From: Sulfuricurvum sp.
GTDB taxonomy: Bacteria; Campylobacterota; Campylobacteria; Campylobacterales; Sulfurimonadaceae
Reading direction: 5' to 3'
DNA length: 64,000 nt
NCBI RefSeq assembly: GCF_023250475.1
Contig: NZ_JAHFAQ010000001.1
Coordinates: 134 to 64,133 of the forward strand
This document shows, piece after piece, positions 21,401 to 31,461 of the stretch. Made by a program: the position numbers and the translations under genes. The notes under the pieces are model-generated. The model was not told the DNA's origin and did not search any database. It saw only the letters and a program-made list of their open reading frames with translations. Every line of letters starts with the position of its first letter. The first letter of the stretch is position 1.

Positions 21401-21537
21401 CCCTCACCGGAAAGCTCGATGATCCGAAAATCAGTACCGCTCTTGCCAAAGAGATCGTAACCGCACCGTTTAACATCCTAAAGCGGACACTGGCCTACCC
21501 TTTTTTATGGATGATGGACGATAAGAAGAAAAAATAG
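18370..21537 (+). CDS. YhdP/AsmA-like (DUF3971/AsmA_2) envelope protein
   Basis: 1055 aa, N-terminal TM, beta-rich body, C-terminal LG.VP.VGYILLG.DG motif. Confidence 0.8.
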   Translation: MKDIIVTKIIPKTHKSVLLFLVFTFFLGFFTFVALLEGFSIDHLTLGGVKVEKLYLKWDNSLQIKASKLDFSNLKSSETPLNLQPLAKLPRYLHWIEGWVESIDIETIAYKDFTASLHYRKGAIGKVILGDSTSRSEGTFALNETDFNLTLPSYTINDANLSAHLHINLLNQHIHSQIRVNLPKTPLITLNISGDSDLIRFNAYTKSPLTTIKPLVDFFKLDPDVVPWIVDYTQASSLHLARLYGTFHYKNPKELIQNLVADATVVDGGYTFAEGFEPIRAPRIDLHFSKGKLHIVPRNGTFYNLPTEQSRVVIDFTAPHTFLNAYIQTKHAKLNDPILSLLAFYDIRLPIKQLKGECAVDLNLSVNLHTLDTTGKGSFIPTPSELLLDQIALKTDGGIVKVDRTHVTFENFIAHYGNNIADAHVNGEYDAHTQRGAVAINAYALSPADGLSLFNPKDPIRVAYIIAPSGDTLSVEQSQWNLLGEKLTIERFQAPFDYHRASSAISSVPFLLSGSVKGKIDAAFDGVKKQSDIKIRFNEFKLGEVELHQPLFDIDLHYGNETTKLQIKSASAWSVHQLPLLVSPFSATLKNETIAFDKIETVLGDLFKGNFTGTYRLDTHKGTIHLSNMIPIAPKLTPIIESKESISLIVDAKNDPIQIDAPELKAHFTTIPKGWKIALNDISLLSKKSPILRLYNINNGYLNLYYTGESSRYLFNGEIDYLYPLMIMNDTPVSHYRFSGSHQNENTQIRVNDRITINHSPENIYIRANNTGLNLPILFKFLAAHKEESDQSSKTDASTPIRIHATNSYLYLMKERKIVTDMLDATLIDDNFDASLQHMSGSAILKIRDNLFSIDGSGFNDKFMEHLFALSDFSGGTFSFEAKGKTDSFDGLMRVENTILKDYKVLNNVLAFVNTVPSLATFSLPNYNSKGLPVKEGYAHFGYQKGIVSVDNFTLNSPEMKITGSGRADLNSNQLEGAMTLKTDLGSTLGKVPMVGYILLGDDGSLSTTLTLTGKLDDPKISTALAKEIVTAPFNILKRTLAYPFLWMMDDKKKK

Positions 21538-21555
21538 CCACATATCTGCCCTATT

Positions 21556-22269
21556 TTATTCACCGCTAAAAAGCTGAATACTCCAAAATACTAAAAATCC
21601 CGCAAAAAGCCAAAGCGTCGAAGAAGGTTTCTCTTCGATCACGTGAGCTTCCACCAAAAGCTCATCCGTTACCAGGTACAGCAACGCCGCGACACCGAAA
21701 GCGAGAATTGCGCTGATAACGCTGGTCGATGCGCCCGATAAAAGGTAATTACCGAGTAAGGTACATGTCAATACGACTCCTGCCAATGCCGCCGTCATAA
21801 TGACGACACGCCATCCTTTAATCGTATTCGAGACCAGCGATAATCCTAAAAACAGCAGCTCGACCGACAGACCCAACGCCAAAATCACCCCAGTATTTCC
21901 TCCTGCGGCAAATCCGGCACCGATAATAAATCCGTCCACCGCAACATCAATAAAGGTTGCGGCAATCAGTCCGTAATTGAAAGACTCCTCTCCCGAATGA
22001 CTCTCACGCAATTCCAGACGCATGCTCCAGAGTTTCATACCATACATCATCAATCCGCCGAAGGTAAATGAAGCGATAAGAATCCAGGCCGGAGCATGCT
22101 CACGGCCGATTTCAGGCAAAACTTCCACAGCCAAAGCCGCTAAGACGACTCCCGCCGCAAAATGTTGAATCAAACTGCGCATTTGATGTGTGGGGCTCCA
22201 GAAAACGGCCAAAAGACCTCCCATAGAAGCAACGATAGCAGGAATAAACATAGCCATAAACGGTGTCAT
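21556..22269 (-). CDS. ZIP family metal transporter (divergent)
   Basis: Eight TM-like segments, QHFAAGVVLAAL.VEVLPE, DGFIIGAGF. Confidence 0.75.
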   Translation of the reverse strand: MTPFMAMFIPAIVASMGGLLAVFWSPTHQMRSLIQHFAAGVVLAALAVEVLPEIGREHAPAWILIASFTFGGLMMYGMKLWSMRLELRESHSGEESFNYGLIAATFIDVAVDGFIIGAGFAAGGNTGVILALGLSVELLFLGLSLVSNTIKGWRVVIMTAALAGVVLTCTLLGNYLLSGASTSVISAILAFGVAALLYLVTDELLVEAHVIEEKPSSTLWLFAGFLVFWSIQLFSGE

Positions 22270-22292
22270 AGTACTCTTTTCAATTGTAATTT

Positions 22293-23498
22293 TTATGCTG
22301 TAAGAATGGAAAAACAGTGCTCTTCGTTTTCATACTTGTACGTCAACGAGAAACCGTGCTTAGCGACAATCTTACTCACGATATTAAGTCCCAAGCCGAA
22401 CCCTTGGGTCGTGCGCGAACTTTCCTGTCGGGTAAACGGTGTCAGAAAATAGTTGAATTCTCTCTCTAGCGGTTGAGCATGATTATAAACACTGATGCGA
22501 TTCGTAGTAACATCCAGAGCTATCGGAAACCGATCGGAATACTTCAATGCGTTATCAAGCAGATTTTTCAATGCCAAAGAGAGGTACTGCAAATCTCCCG
22601 TCAAAATAAAATTGTCTTTGATAGTAACCGACAGATTGGATTCGTCGATAAGATAGAGTTTTGAAAGGGCTTCCATTACCAGGGTTTCAGCACTGAATCT
22701 ATCCGATCGTATGATATCCGTAGCTTGAAGTTTTTCAATCTCCAATAGCTCCTGTGTCAATTGATCAAGCTCTTTAAACGAATGCTTCAGTGTCTCGCGG
22801 ACTTTTGAATCCTCTAGCTGCTCCAGTGCAAACAATCCCCGCGCAATAGGGGTACGCAACTCATGCCCCACATCGCGCAGAAGTTCTTGGCGTGATTGAA
22901 TCAGGTTCTCGATGGTTTGCGCCATTTCGTTATAGCTGCGTGCCACTTCCCCTATCTCATCGTGAGTCTCTATCGCACTGCGGCTGCGATATTCTCCCTT
23001 CGCAAATCGCCGCATACTCGCGGTAATCGAATGCAATGGAGACAACATACGCAAGATTAGAATGAAAATGACGGATAACACAACGATATCGGCAATAACC
23101 AGAGCATTAAGAATCCACCCCTCTCTCAATCCCTCTTGGAGTGTCGTATCCCGCAGATAGATATTATCTTCAAAATAGCGTATATGGAGGATATACTCTC
23201 CCCCCTCGGCTTTAAGAATCTCAAATAATCCGAAAGTGTGCGATTGACGCATAATCACCTGTTTGGTAACGACAGAGTCTATTTTTACCAAATTCAATGT
23301 CCGAAATTTATCTTCAAGTTCATTGGGAGAAGATGTTGCCATCCATCTGAATATTTTCCGGCCGTCAAGGAGATATTTTTGGAGAACGATCGACTCATAT
23401 TTTTCGGTATTGATGGTATCGATCTTGTATCCTATACCTACCATAAGTGTCAAACTTATAAGGAATAAAATAGTGATTTTGGTAAAAATTGACATCAT
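22293..23498 (-). CDS. Sensor histidine kinase (HAMP-HisKA-HATPase)
   Basis: DVGHELRTP, NLLDNALKY, GFGLGL. Confidence 0.92.
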   Translation of the reverse strand: MMSIFTKITILFLISLTLMVGIGYKIDTINTEKYESIVLQKYLLDGRKIFRWMATSSPNELEDKFRTLNLVKIDSVVTKQVIMRQSHTFGLFEILKAEGGEYILHIRYFEDNIYLRDTTLQEGLREGWILNALVIADIVVLSVIFILILRMLSPLHSITASMRRFAKGEYRSRSAIETHDEIGEVARSYNEMAQTIENLIQSRQELLRDVGHELRTPIARGLFALEQLEDSKVRETLKHSFKELDQLTQELLEIEKLQATDIIRSDRFSAETLVMEALSKLYLIDESNLSVTIKDNFILTGDLQYLSLALKNLLDNALKYSDRFPIALDVTTNRISVYNHAQPLEREFNYFLTPFTRQESSRTTQGFGLGLNIVSKIVAKHGFSLTYKYENEEHCFSILTA

Positions 23499-24170
23499 TT
23501 ATCCCGTAAATTTATAGCCGATGCCCCATACCGATTTAATGTATCGGGGTTCTTTGGCATCATCACCGATTTTGAGACGAATATTGCTGATATGCATATC
23601 GATGGTACGGTGTTTCGTCTCATCTCCGAGTCCTAATGCGCCGATAATCTGATCACGTGAGAGATTTTTCCCCTTATTTTTAGCCAACAGCACGAAAATA
23701 TCAAATTCGATCCGTGTCAAATCAATCGGATACCCTTCCAACATAACCGATTTGCTCGATTCATCAATCGTAAAATCCGATACTACCAACTCGTTTTTAC
23801 GTCCGTAGCGGCGTAATACCGCTTCAATCCGCAGGACAAGCTCGCGGGGTTCATAGGGTTTGTCAAGATAATCATCGGCACCCAGATCGTAGCCGTAGAT
23901 TTTGTTTCCGATATCAGTACGGGCGGAGGAGATGATAATAGGGATATCAAGCTGGCTTTTGATCATTTTCGCCACATCGAATCCATCCATCCCCGGAAGC
24001 ATCAAATCCAAAACGACGATGTCATATACCTCTTTCTTTTCCAGCAAACACTCCAGCGCCCTTTTCGGATCAGCATATCCGTGTGCTTCAAATCCGTACG
24101 ATTCCAAAAATGAAAGGATCAATTCTTGAAGAGCAAGATCGTCTTCGATCAAAAGAACTTTTTTACTCAA
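23499..24170 (-). CDS. OmpR-family response regulator
   Basis: IEDD, LDLMLP, KPY, winged-helix RTIDMHISNIR. Confidence 0.93.
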   Translation of the reverse strand: MSKKVLLIEDDLALQELILSFLESYGFEAHGYADPKRALECLLEKKEVYDIVVLDLMLPGMDGFDVAKMIKSQLDIPIIISSARTDIGNKIYGYDLGADDYLDKPYEPRELVLRIEAVLRRYGRKNELVVSDFTIDESSKSVMLEGYPIDLTRIEFDIFVLLAKNKGKNLSRDQIIGALGLGDETKHRTIDMHISNIRLKIGDDAKEPRYIKSVWGIGYKFTG

Positions 24171-24546
24171 TCTCCCACTCCTCCAGATGACGGATAAAAC
24201 GACGCTTTTGCTCAGGGGTCAGAATCGTATGTATCCGCTCAAGCAATCTAGCTCGAATCTCTATTGAACCCTTCTGCATCTCTAAACTTTTCGCTCGAAA
24301 CGTCTCCGAGTCAAACGAAGCATTCAGAAATAAGGCATTAAGATCCTCACGCGTTCTCTCGCTTTGATGATGGTAGCGTCGATACGCATATTGGTACTCT
24401 TTCATCGCCTCTTCGAGCGAACGATGCTGCTGCTTTGTCAGCCCTAAATCATGCAAATCCATCGGGAAACGGTGATCATCGTCGGCGTAAACAGAATTGG
24501 TGCTTGATAAAAAGATTAACGTAACAAAAATCGCTATCCACTTCAT
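24163..24546 (-). CDS. Spy/CpxP (LTxxQ) family periplasmic protein
   Basis: Signal peptide, LGLTKQQ and ILTPEQK. Confidence 0.8.
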   Translation of the reverse strand: MKWIAIFVTLIFLSSTNSVYADDDHRFPMDLHDLGLTKQQHRSLEEAMKEYQYAYRRYHHQSERTREDLNALFLNASFDSETFRAKSLEMQKGSIEIRARLLERIHTILTPEQKRRFIRHLEEWEIE

Positions 24547-24559
24547 TTTACCCTCTTGG

Positions 24560-25663
24560 TTATAGTGCTTTTATGGCATTGTCTTCGATTGTTCCCTGCT
24601 CTACATCACCATGACAAGCCTTACAATTCGCTCGACTTTTGACATGAGCGCTTTTAAAAACATCATCAGGAATATTTTTATGTCTCTTTTTCCAAAATGG
24701 TGTTTGTGTCATTGCTATCATATCGCGATTTTCAATCGATTGCATCATTTTGAGTGACATCTCCTGAGATGAGCTCTGTGCAGAATGTTTAATCAAATAG
24801 TCTAAAACGGTTTGATGATCCGCGGAATCGAGCGATGCGTCATCCCCGAAATGGTTGGAGAGGTTCCCCATAAGTTTGCTCCATGACTCTTTTGGCAAAA
24901 GCGTAGGGGGATAAAGAGTATGGCAGGAGCCGCATTCGTTCACAAATACAGGATTCTCCTGCTTATAGTCTATTTTTTGATTGTATCCCGCGATAAGCGG
25001 GTTATTGGGGACGCTGAGCGTATAAATAAGCACTGCGATCGTACCGCCGATTCCGATAAGCGCGACGATCTTTTGGGACCATGAAAGCAGCGCGCTTTCC
25101 CCCTCCATGTTTTTATGCCCGTCGATAATCGAATTGAGGGTACGGTCATCTTTGTGCAAAAACCGATCTACCAATACTCCCCCAACATGTGCCGCAATCA
25201 AAATCCACAAAAGATTGACAAAGAACTCGTGAATCTCTTCAAACCACTCCATATTATGAGAGAGTCCTGTATGTAAAAATGCCAGTACCCCTCTATTTTC
25301 CGTTATCCCATACGCAAGCATCCCGCTGATCACGGCAAAAACGACCGTAACCAACATTGCCACCATCACAAAACTGGCGGCCGGATTGTGACCGGCATAA
25401 CGGCGTGTCGGGCTCAAGAGATTCAATAGATACTCTTTTAGCGCATCCGTACGAAGAGCTAGATCACTGAAACGGGAATATTTTGGACCTATAATCCCCC
25501 AAACGATCCGAAACACGACCAGTACACCGACGGCACTCCCGATCGCGACATGCAATGAAAGCCAGCGATCTTCAAGTGAGGCGATCCAGGCACCGAGAAT
25601 CAATGCAACAAACAGCCCGTGAAATACCCGTGTAGGAAGGGTCCAAACGTATACCCGTTTCAT
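24560..25663 (-). CDS. Cytochrome b (Ni-hydrogenase type) fused to diheme cytochrome c
   Basis: WTLPTRVFH, GHNP, TM His residues; C-terminal CGSCH and CKACH with W..LM..L.NHFG.DA. Confidence 0.87.
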   Translation of the reverse strand: MKRVYVWTLPTRVFHGLFVALILGAWIASLEDRWLSLHVAIGSAVGVLVVFRIVWGIIGPKYSRFSDLALRTDALKEYLLNLLSPTRRYAGHNPAASFVMVAMLVTVVFAVISGMLAYGITENRGVLAFLHTGLSHNMEWFEEIHEFFVNLLWILIAAHVGGVLVDRFLHKDDRTLNSIIDGHKNMEGESALLSWSQKIVALIGIGGTIAVLIYTLSVPNNPLIAGYNQKIDYKQENPVFVNECGSCHTLYPPTLLPKESWSKLMGNLSNHFGDDASLDSADHQTVLDYLIKHSAQSSSQEMSLKMMQSIENRDMIAMTQTPFWKKRHKNIPDDVFKSAHVKSRANCKACHGDVEQGTIEDNAIKAL

Positions 25664-25668
25664 AATAA

Positions 25669-26205
25669 TTATTCCCAGCTGCCGTAATTCGGAATACGGA
25701 TTTCACGCTCGCGATAGCTTCCGCTGGCGGCTTTCGTATGACATGACGCACAATTGGCAAAACTTTTGACATCGGCTTGGGTCACCATTTTTTTAGGTAT
25801 CTCACGATGTTCATGTTTAAAGTTAGGTGTTTCAGAGATACGCATAGCGATTTCTCCCCCCATACCGGTCATACGATCATTTTTAGATGCATGAGATACC
25901 AAATAATTTTGTATCGTTTTGTGATCGCTTGGATCAAGCGTTGCATCCGTACCGAAATGGTTATTCAATGAATTCATCGTTTTATCCCACGACCGTTTCG
26001 GTAAAAACTCAGGCTGATAGGCGAAATGGCAGGCTCCGCACTCTTTTTGATAGAGGAGTACGGTTGCTTTTTCTTGTTTGCTCATTGGCTTCGCTACGAA
26101 GCTTGAAGCATGATGTTCGTGCTCTTCATGCTCATCTTCGGCATAAAGATAAACCCCTCCGGCTAATAATAGAGCCGCTACGGATAAGTTTAATAATTTT
26201 CTCAT
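25669..26205 (-). CDS. Diheme cytochrome c (DHC)
   Basis: Signal peptide, CGACH, HFGTDA, CASCH. Confidence 0.88.
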   Translation of the reverse strand: MRKLLNLSVAALLLAGGVYLYAEDEHEEHEHHASSFVAKPMSKQEKATVLLYQKECGACHFAYQPEFLPKRSWDKTMNSLNNHFGTDATLDPSDHKTIQNYLVSHASKNDRMTGMGGEIAMRISETPNFKHEHREIPKKMVTQADVKSFANCASCHTKAASGSYREREIRIPNYGSWE

Positions 26206-26220
26206 CGGATATCCTTTAGG

Positions 26221-26628
26221 TTAATTTTTCATAATATAGGTGAGTACGTCACCTTTTTCTTGAGCCGACCCTTCACGGGCATACACGTCCATGAAGTTAC
26301 GCTTGAGCCATTTGTTCACCTCTTTGGTGCTGGTAAGACGCTGCGGATTTGCACGCGGAGAGAGAGGATCAATCACTTTTCCGGTGAGAGAGTTTTTTCC
26401 ATTATTCGATAAATTCGTGGTATGGCAGCTCGTACACGCCATCGGTTTGCCTTGTTTTCCGGTGTGGGTCGAGGTAAATATCTCTTTTCCTCTTGCCGCA
26501 TCAAATCCACTGAAAGAGCTATTTTCAGCTTTTGCCGTTTTTGAGAGTTCATTCATATATTGAACCACTTCGGGTGATGCCGCCATAAGCGACATCGAGA
26601 ACATCCATACGATTGCGAGGTATTTCAT
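26221..26628 (-). CDS. DUF1924 / SHP-like monoheme cytochrome c
   Basis: Signal peptide, CTSCH, I.PLSPRANPQRLT, EKGDVL.Y. Confidence 0.82.
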   Translation of the reverse strand: MKYLAIVWMFSMSLMAASPEVVQYMNELSKTAKAENSSFSGFDAARGKEIFTSTHTGKQGKPMACTSCHTTNLSNNGKNSLTGKVIDPLSPRANPQRLTSTKEVNKWLKRNFMDVYAREGSAQEKGDVLTYIMKN

Positions 26629-26694
26629 AACCTGCCTCCTGTTATTTGATGCTCAAATGTTACGGCAAAGATGTCAATCTGTTGTGGGCACTCT

Positions 26695-26712
26695 CTTGAC
26701 ACTTTCTTGACA
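26695..26712. promoter_or_regulatory. 11-bp-spaced direct repeat CTTGACA-N4-CTTGACA, candidate OmpR-family operator for the SHP/DHC operon
   Basis: Read directly about 70 nt upstream of the 26628 start; extra TGTCAA at 26672. Regulator assignment is inferred. Confidence 0.4.
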
Positions 26713-26713
26713 T

Positions 26714-26740
26714 TAAATATTTATCCCTCAATACCGATAT
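26714..26740 (+). promoter_or_regulatory. Sigma28 (FliA)-type promoter
   Basis: TAAA-N15-ACCGATAT upstream of the YjfB-like gene. Confidence 0.65.
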
Positions 26741-26769
26741 ATAAACAATCCCATACAGGAGGTTACAAA

Positions 26770-26943
26770 ATGGATCCAATTAGTAGCGGTTCGGGGACTG
26801 GTGTTGAGATTTACGCGATGAAAAAAGCGATGGAAGTTCAAGGTCAAGGAATAATGAAAGTGTTAGAGAGTGCTATCCCCTCTTCTGATCTCTCAGGTTC
26901 AGGGCTTACCGGTCTAGGTCAAAAGCTCGATATCAAAGGATAA
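26770..26943 (+). CDS. YjfB-family putative motility protein (57 aa)
   Basis: AGGAGG RBS; IYAMKKAMEVQ...LE...GLGQKLDIKG. The ORF-track start at 26671 is likely too far upstream. Confidence 0.7.
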   Translation: MDPISSGSGTGVEIYAMKKAMEVQGQGIMKVLESAIPSSDLSGSGLTGLGQKLDIKG

Positions 26944-26948
26944 TAATT

Positions 26949-26969
26949 TACAGCTATCGTATAGCTGTA
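26949..26969. terminator. Hairpin between convergent genes (bidirectional terminator candidate)
   Basis: TACAGCTAT-cgt-ATAGCTGTA. Confidence 0.55.
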
Positions 26970-26977
26970 GTTATCCC

Positions 26978-28174
26978 CTATTCATTTCTCAGAACCGTTA
27001 ATACATCGACTTCAGAAGCTTTTTTGGCAGGATACCATGCGGAGAGCAATACAATCACAAATGCTCCGATAATAATGGAGAAAAAATCAATAACACTCAA
27101 ATCAAGCGGCAGGGTTGAAGTCGGATAAACATCGGTCGGAAGAGAAATAATATCAAATGTGCCCAATATCCACATCCCTAGAAAGCCTAAAAGAGCCCCC
27201 GTTGTAATCCCTAAAACCCCAATCACAATTCCCAGTACTAAAAATATTTTCTTCACCTCTTGCTTAGACGCCCCCAACGAAATGAGAAGAGCAATTTCGC
27301 TTCGGCGGTTCATGACCGTCATCAGCAGCGAAGAGATGATATTGATCGCGGCAATCAGAATAATAAGCATCAAAACGATAAAAAGGGACATTTTTTCCAT
27401 TTTCAATGCGGCAAAAAAATTGCCGTTGTCTTCCCACCAGCCGCGTATCGATACCGTATCAGGCAAAGCAGCGGATACGCGGGCAATATCGGTTTCAGGA
27501 TTAAGAGAGTGGACATGGATACCGTCATAAAGATTTTCGGGAATACCCAAAATGCGCTGCAGTGCACTCAGTGAGGTGTATGAAAACCCTTTGTCGTAGG
27601 CACTGAGCCCCGAATTGAAGGTCGAGACGACATTAAAGCGTTTGATTTTCGGAGTCAATGCCAAACCACCCGGCTCCATTTGCGTAAAAATATAGGTGAG
27701 TTTCTCTCCGAATGCGAGAGAAAACTCATCTTTGAGTGATTTGCCAACCATCACTTCAAAGTTTTTCGGTATCCCCCCCTGCAGCCCTTCGGCAACGATC
27801 CGGTTTACTTTTGCTTCTTGAGCAAAATCGACTCCAAAGAGATATCCACCCTCCATCTGATCACCGCTTCGTGATAATACGGCAGAAGTAACGTAAGGAC
27901 TAAACGATAAATCGGGGAATTTTTCCCGCAGTTGCTCGAGCAAAGCGCTATCACATGTCGCATAGAATTTCGGTTGAATGGTGAGTGGGTAGTTCATCAC
28001 GGTAAGCTTTTTTTTGAACTCGTTATCAAAACCGTTCATAAGCGCCATCGCGATTATCAGAACCATGACCCCCAGTGCGATTCCGGAGAATGCAAGGAGT
28101 GCGGAGAGGAAAATAAAAGGCTGCTCTTTGTCAAAGCGCAAAAACCGTTTGACAAGATAAGAGACAATATTCAA
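26978..28174 (-). CDS. lolE: Lipoprotein-releasing ABC transporter permease LolC/E
   Basis: [17 protein letters not shown], MacB/FtsX-type C-terminus, YPAKKAS; adjacent to secA and lolA. Confidence 0.85.
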   Translation of the reverse strand: MNIVSYLVKRFLRFDKEQPFIFLSALLAFSGIALGVMVLIIAMALMNGFDNEFKKKLTVMNYPLTIQPKFYATCDSALLEQLREKFPDLSFSPYVTSAVLSRSGDQMEGGYLFGVDFAQEAKVNRIVAEGLQGGIPKNFEVMVGKSLKDEFSLAFGEKLTYIFTQMEPGGLALTPKIKRFNVVSTFNSGLSAYDKGFSYTSLSALQRILGIPENLYDGIHVHSLNPETDIARVSAALPDTVSIRGWWEDNGNFFAALKMEKMSLFIVLMLIILIAAINIISSLLMTVMNRRSEIALLISLGASKQEVKKIFLVLGIVIGVLGITTGALLGFLGMWILGTFDIISLPTDVYPTSTLPLDLSVIDFFSIIIGAFVIVLLSAWYPAKKASEVDVLTVLRNE

Positions 28175-30738
28175 GAGGCAAATACCCCTTTTTTCGGTCC
28201 AGATTTCCCACAGCAGTTTTTATATTTGAGTCCGCTTCCGCATGGGCAATCATCATTACGGGCAATTTTCTTCTCATCCGCATCATGCTCTTGGTGATTG
28301 AGGCTCATTCGAAACGCTTCTTGCTTTTTCTCTAACTCCAACTGACGAGCAAACGCTTCGGCCTCTTCTTCCACATTATCCACTTTGAAACGGATAACAT
28401 GGAGAGTTTTAATCGTATCGTATTTGATCGTCTCGACCAGTTCGCTAAAGAGGTTATAACTCTCTTTTTTGTATTCGACCAACGGATCTTTTTGGTTGTA
28501 AGCGCGTAAACGGATCCCCGTTTTCATACTGTCCATTTGGTAGAGATGTTCACGCCACGCGGTATCGAGTGTTTTAAGATAAATTTCCCGCTCGATTTCA
28601 CTTCGGAGTTTGTCGTCGACAACCGCCATTTTTTCATCATACTGTGTTTTCAATGTACTGAGTAACGTATGCTGAATCGCATCAAACGATTTCTGAGTAA
28701 ACAACGCGGTATCAATATCCGCGTTCAGCTCCTCTTTAATCGTTAGTACAAGACGATCAATATCCATCTCCTCTTCGGGGATTCCTTCAAATATACCGCA
28801 GAAGGCCAGCGTACGATTAACGTATTCGCTGCGGATGAGATCAATTTTATCCGCGACATTGTACGTAGAGTCAAGCAATTCACCGCGGAATTTGTAAACG
28901 ATTTTACGCTGTTCGTTGGCAACATCATCGTATTCAACAATATTTTTTCGCCCCTCAAAGTGCATACTTTCCACTTTTTTCTGCGCTTTTTCAACCGCAC
29001 GGGTCACCATCGACGATTCAATGTACTCACCGTCTTCAACACCCAAACGCTCCATGATCGATTTGATTTTGTCCGAGCCGAAGATACGGAGGAGATTGTC
29101 TTCGAGAGAGAGATAAAACTGAGACGTTCCCGGATCACCCTGACGCCCTGCTCGCCCGCGAAGCTGATTATCGATACGACGGTTTTCGTGACGTTCGGTT
29201 CCGAGGATATAAAGTCCGCCGAGAGCTTTGATCTCATCACTGACTTTGATATCAACCCCGCGTCCGGCCATATTGGTTGCGATTGTCACCGCCCCTTTTG
29301 CTCCGGCGTTTTTGATAATTTCAGACTCTTGAGTATGGTTTTTTGCGTTCAAGACGGTATGGGGAATTTTTTCACCTTTGATAAGGTGATGAAGTTTTTC
29401 TGATTTCTCAATCGAGGCGGTACCGATCAATATCGGCTGACCTGCGGCATGAAGCTCTTTAACCTTGGCAATAACGGCTGCAAACTTTTCCGCTTCCGTT
29501 TTATAGATTAAATCGTTCAAGTCTTGTCGGATAACCGTGACATTCGTCGGGATAGAGATTACATCAAGGTTGTAGATTTGTGCGAATTCGGTCGCTTCGG
29601 TTTGCGCTGTTCCCGTCATACCTCCGATTTTGCCGTACATACGAAAATAGTTTTGGTAGGTGATATCGGCCAGAGTTTGGGTCTCTTCTTTAATAATGAC
29701 CCCCTCTTTCGCTTCCAGAGCCTGATGCAGCCCCTCAGAGTATCGGCGCCCTTCGCTTAGACGTCCCGTAAACTCATCGACGATAACGATTTGCCCCTCT
29801 TGAATAACGTAATCAACATCGATCTCAAAAATAAAATTTGATTTTAACGCTTGGTCAAGATGGTGCGAAAGTGCCGAATTTTCGATGCTGTAAAGGTTGT
29901 CAACACCAAAAAGCTCTTCCGCACGGCTGATCCCCTCTTCTGTGATGAGGATAAGACGATCTTTCTCATCAACGGTAAAGTGCTCATCTTTAACCAACGC
30001 TTTGGCTACCGCATCGGCACGGGTATAGTTTTCAAGCGTACGGTTGGTCGGCCCTGAAATGATAAGCGGCGTACGGGCTTCATCGATCAAAATCGAGTCA
30101 ACTTCATCGACGATAACGTACGCGTGTCCACGCTGTACCATATGGTCGCGCGAGTAAGTCATATTGTCACGGAGGTAATCGAAGCCAAACTCATTGTTCG
30201 TACCGTAGGTAATGTCACATCCGTATTGATCTCGTTTGTTGGCGGGGTTGTACCCCTCTTCGACCAAAATCCCCGTCGAATACCCTAGAAAAGAGTAAAG
30301 CTCAGACATCTGCGTTCCATCACGAGAGGCCAAGTAATCATTCACCGTAACAACATGAACACCTTTGCCGCTCATAGCATTTAGGGCAACCGCTAATGTT
30401 GCGACAAGGGTTTTACCCTCACCGGTTTTAATCTCGGCGATTCGCCCCTCGTGGAGTACCATACCGCCGATAAGCTGAACGTCAAAATGACGCATACCGA
30501 GGATACGTTTGCTCGCCTCGCGGGTAATCGCGAATGAATCAACCAATACGTCATCTAATGTTTTCGTGTTGCTGAGCACCGACGCTTTAAGAGCTTGAAA
30601 AGCTTGCTGCAACGCTTCGTCACTCATGGCACTGAAATAAGATTCGCGGGCATTGATAGCCTCGACGTTTTTACGATATTTTTTGACTTCTCGATCGTTT
30701 TTGGTACCGAAGATTTTTCCGACAAGCGATTGGAGCAT
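28171..30738 (-). CDS. secA: Preprotein translocase SecA
   Basis: [48 protein letters not shown]. Confidence 0.97.
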   Translation of the reverse strand: MLQSLVGKIFGTKNDREVKKYRKNVEAINARESYFSAMSDEALQQAFQALKASVLSNTKTLDDVLVDSFAITREASKRILGMRHFDVQLIGGMVLHEGRIAEIKTGEGKTLVATLAVALNAMSGKGVHVVTVNDYLASRDGTQMSELYSFLGYSTGILVEEGYNPANKRDQYGCDITYGTNNEFGFDYLRDNMTYSRDHMVQRGHAYVIVDEVDSILIDEARTPLIISGPTNRTLENYTRADAVAKALVKDEHFTVDEKDRLILITEEGISRAEELFGVDNLYSIENSALSHHLDQALKSNFIFEIDVDYVIQEGQIVIVDEFTGRLSEGRRYSEGLHQALEAKEGVIIKEETQTLADITYQNYFRMYGKIGGMTGTAQTEATEFAQIYNLDVISIPTNVTVIRQDLNDLIYKTEAEKFAAVIAKVKELHAAGQPILIGTASIEKSEKLHHLIKGEKIPHTVLNAKNHTQESEIIKNAGAKGAVTIATNMAGRGVDIKVSDEIKALGGLYILGTERHENRRIDNQLRGRAGRQGDPGTSQFYLSLEDNLLRIFGSDKIKSIMERLGVEDGEYIESSMVTRAVEKAQKKVESMHFEGRKNIVEYDDVANEQRKIVYKFRGELLDSTYNVADKIDLIRSEYVNRTLAFCGIFEGIPEEEMDIDRLVLTIKEELNADIDTALFTQKSFDAIQHTLLSTLKTQYDEKMAVVDDKLRSEIEREIYLKTLDTAWREHLYQMDSMKTGIRLRAYNQKDPLVEYKKESYNLFSELVETIKYDTIKTLHVIRFKVDNVEEEAEAFARQLELEKKQEAFRMSLNHQEHDADEKKIARNDDCPCGSGLKYKNCCGKSGPKKGVFAS

Positions 30739-30856
30739 TAAAAGCCTTCATTATGAACAGTATTGAAAAAGTTGGTGATTTTAGCATACGAAAACTATTG
30801 TTTTGGTAAATGAGCATAGGGTACAATACGACATTCACTCCATTCAAGGATATTAT

Positions 30857-31372
30857 GTGCGTTTTTTACCCGTCTTATTTCTCTTTGCCCTGAGTCTTTT
30901 TGCTTCACCGAAGGAGATAACTTCATTTAACTCGAAATTTGTACAGACTATTATCGATGACAACAACAAAAAGATCACCTATTTTGGTGAGCTGTGGGCA
31001 AGCAAGCCTCAAAATGCCCTTTGGTCCTATCAAAAACCGATTCAAAAAAGTGTTTATATAAGCGGATCGAAAATTACAGTCATCGAACCTCAAATTGAGC
31101 AAGTCACCTTGCGGACGCTTGATGATGAGATCGATTTTTTGCAGATTATCCAAAAAGCGAAAAAAGTGGACGAAGACAAATATACGGCAACGGTAAAAGG
31201 GCAAATATATACGGTTCTATTTAAAAACGGACTCCTCGCTTCCATCTCCTATAAAGACAGCTACGATAACCGCGTCAGTATCCAATTTACCAATCCGGTG
31301 CAAAACAAACCGATCGAATCCGGACGATATAAACCCGCTATCCCCGAAGGTTTTGATATTATTAAAGATTAA
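30857..31372 (+). CDS. lolA: Outer-membrane lipoprotein carrier LolA
   Basis: GTG start after AAGGA; signal peptide; F.QTI, KP...W.Y.KP, IEPQIEQVT. Confidence 0.8.
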   Translation: MRFLPVLFLFALSLFASPKEITSFNSKFVQTIIDDNNKKITYFGELWASKPQNALWSYQKPIQKSVYISGSKITVIEPQIEQVTLRTLDDEIDFLQIIQKAKKVDEDKYTATVKGQIYTVLFKNGLLASISYKDSYDNRVSIQFTNPVQNKPIESGRYKPAIPEGFDIIKD

Positions 31373-31395
31373 TTGATGTTACCCATTAGTTACTA

Positions 31396-31422
31396 TAAAG
31401 GCTCTATGCTTTTGGCCGAGTA
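31396..31422 (+). promoter_or_regulatory. Sigma28 (FliA)-type promoter
   Basis: TAAA-N15-GCCGAGTA upstream of the EF-hand gene. Confidence 0.65.
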
Positions 31423-31461
31423 AGAATTTTTTTTCTTGCTACACCCGACAAGGAGCATACC

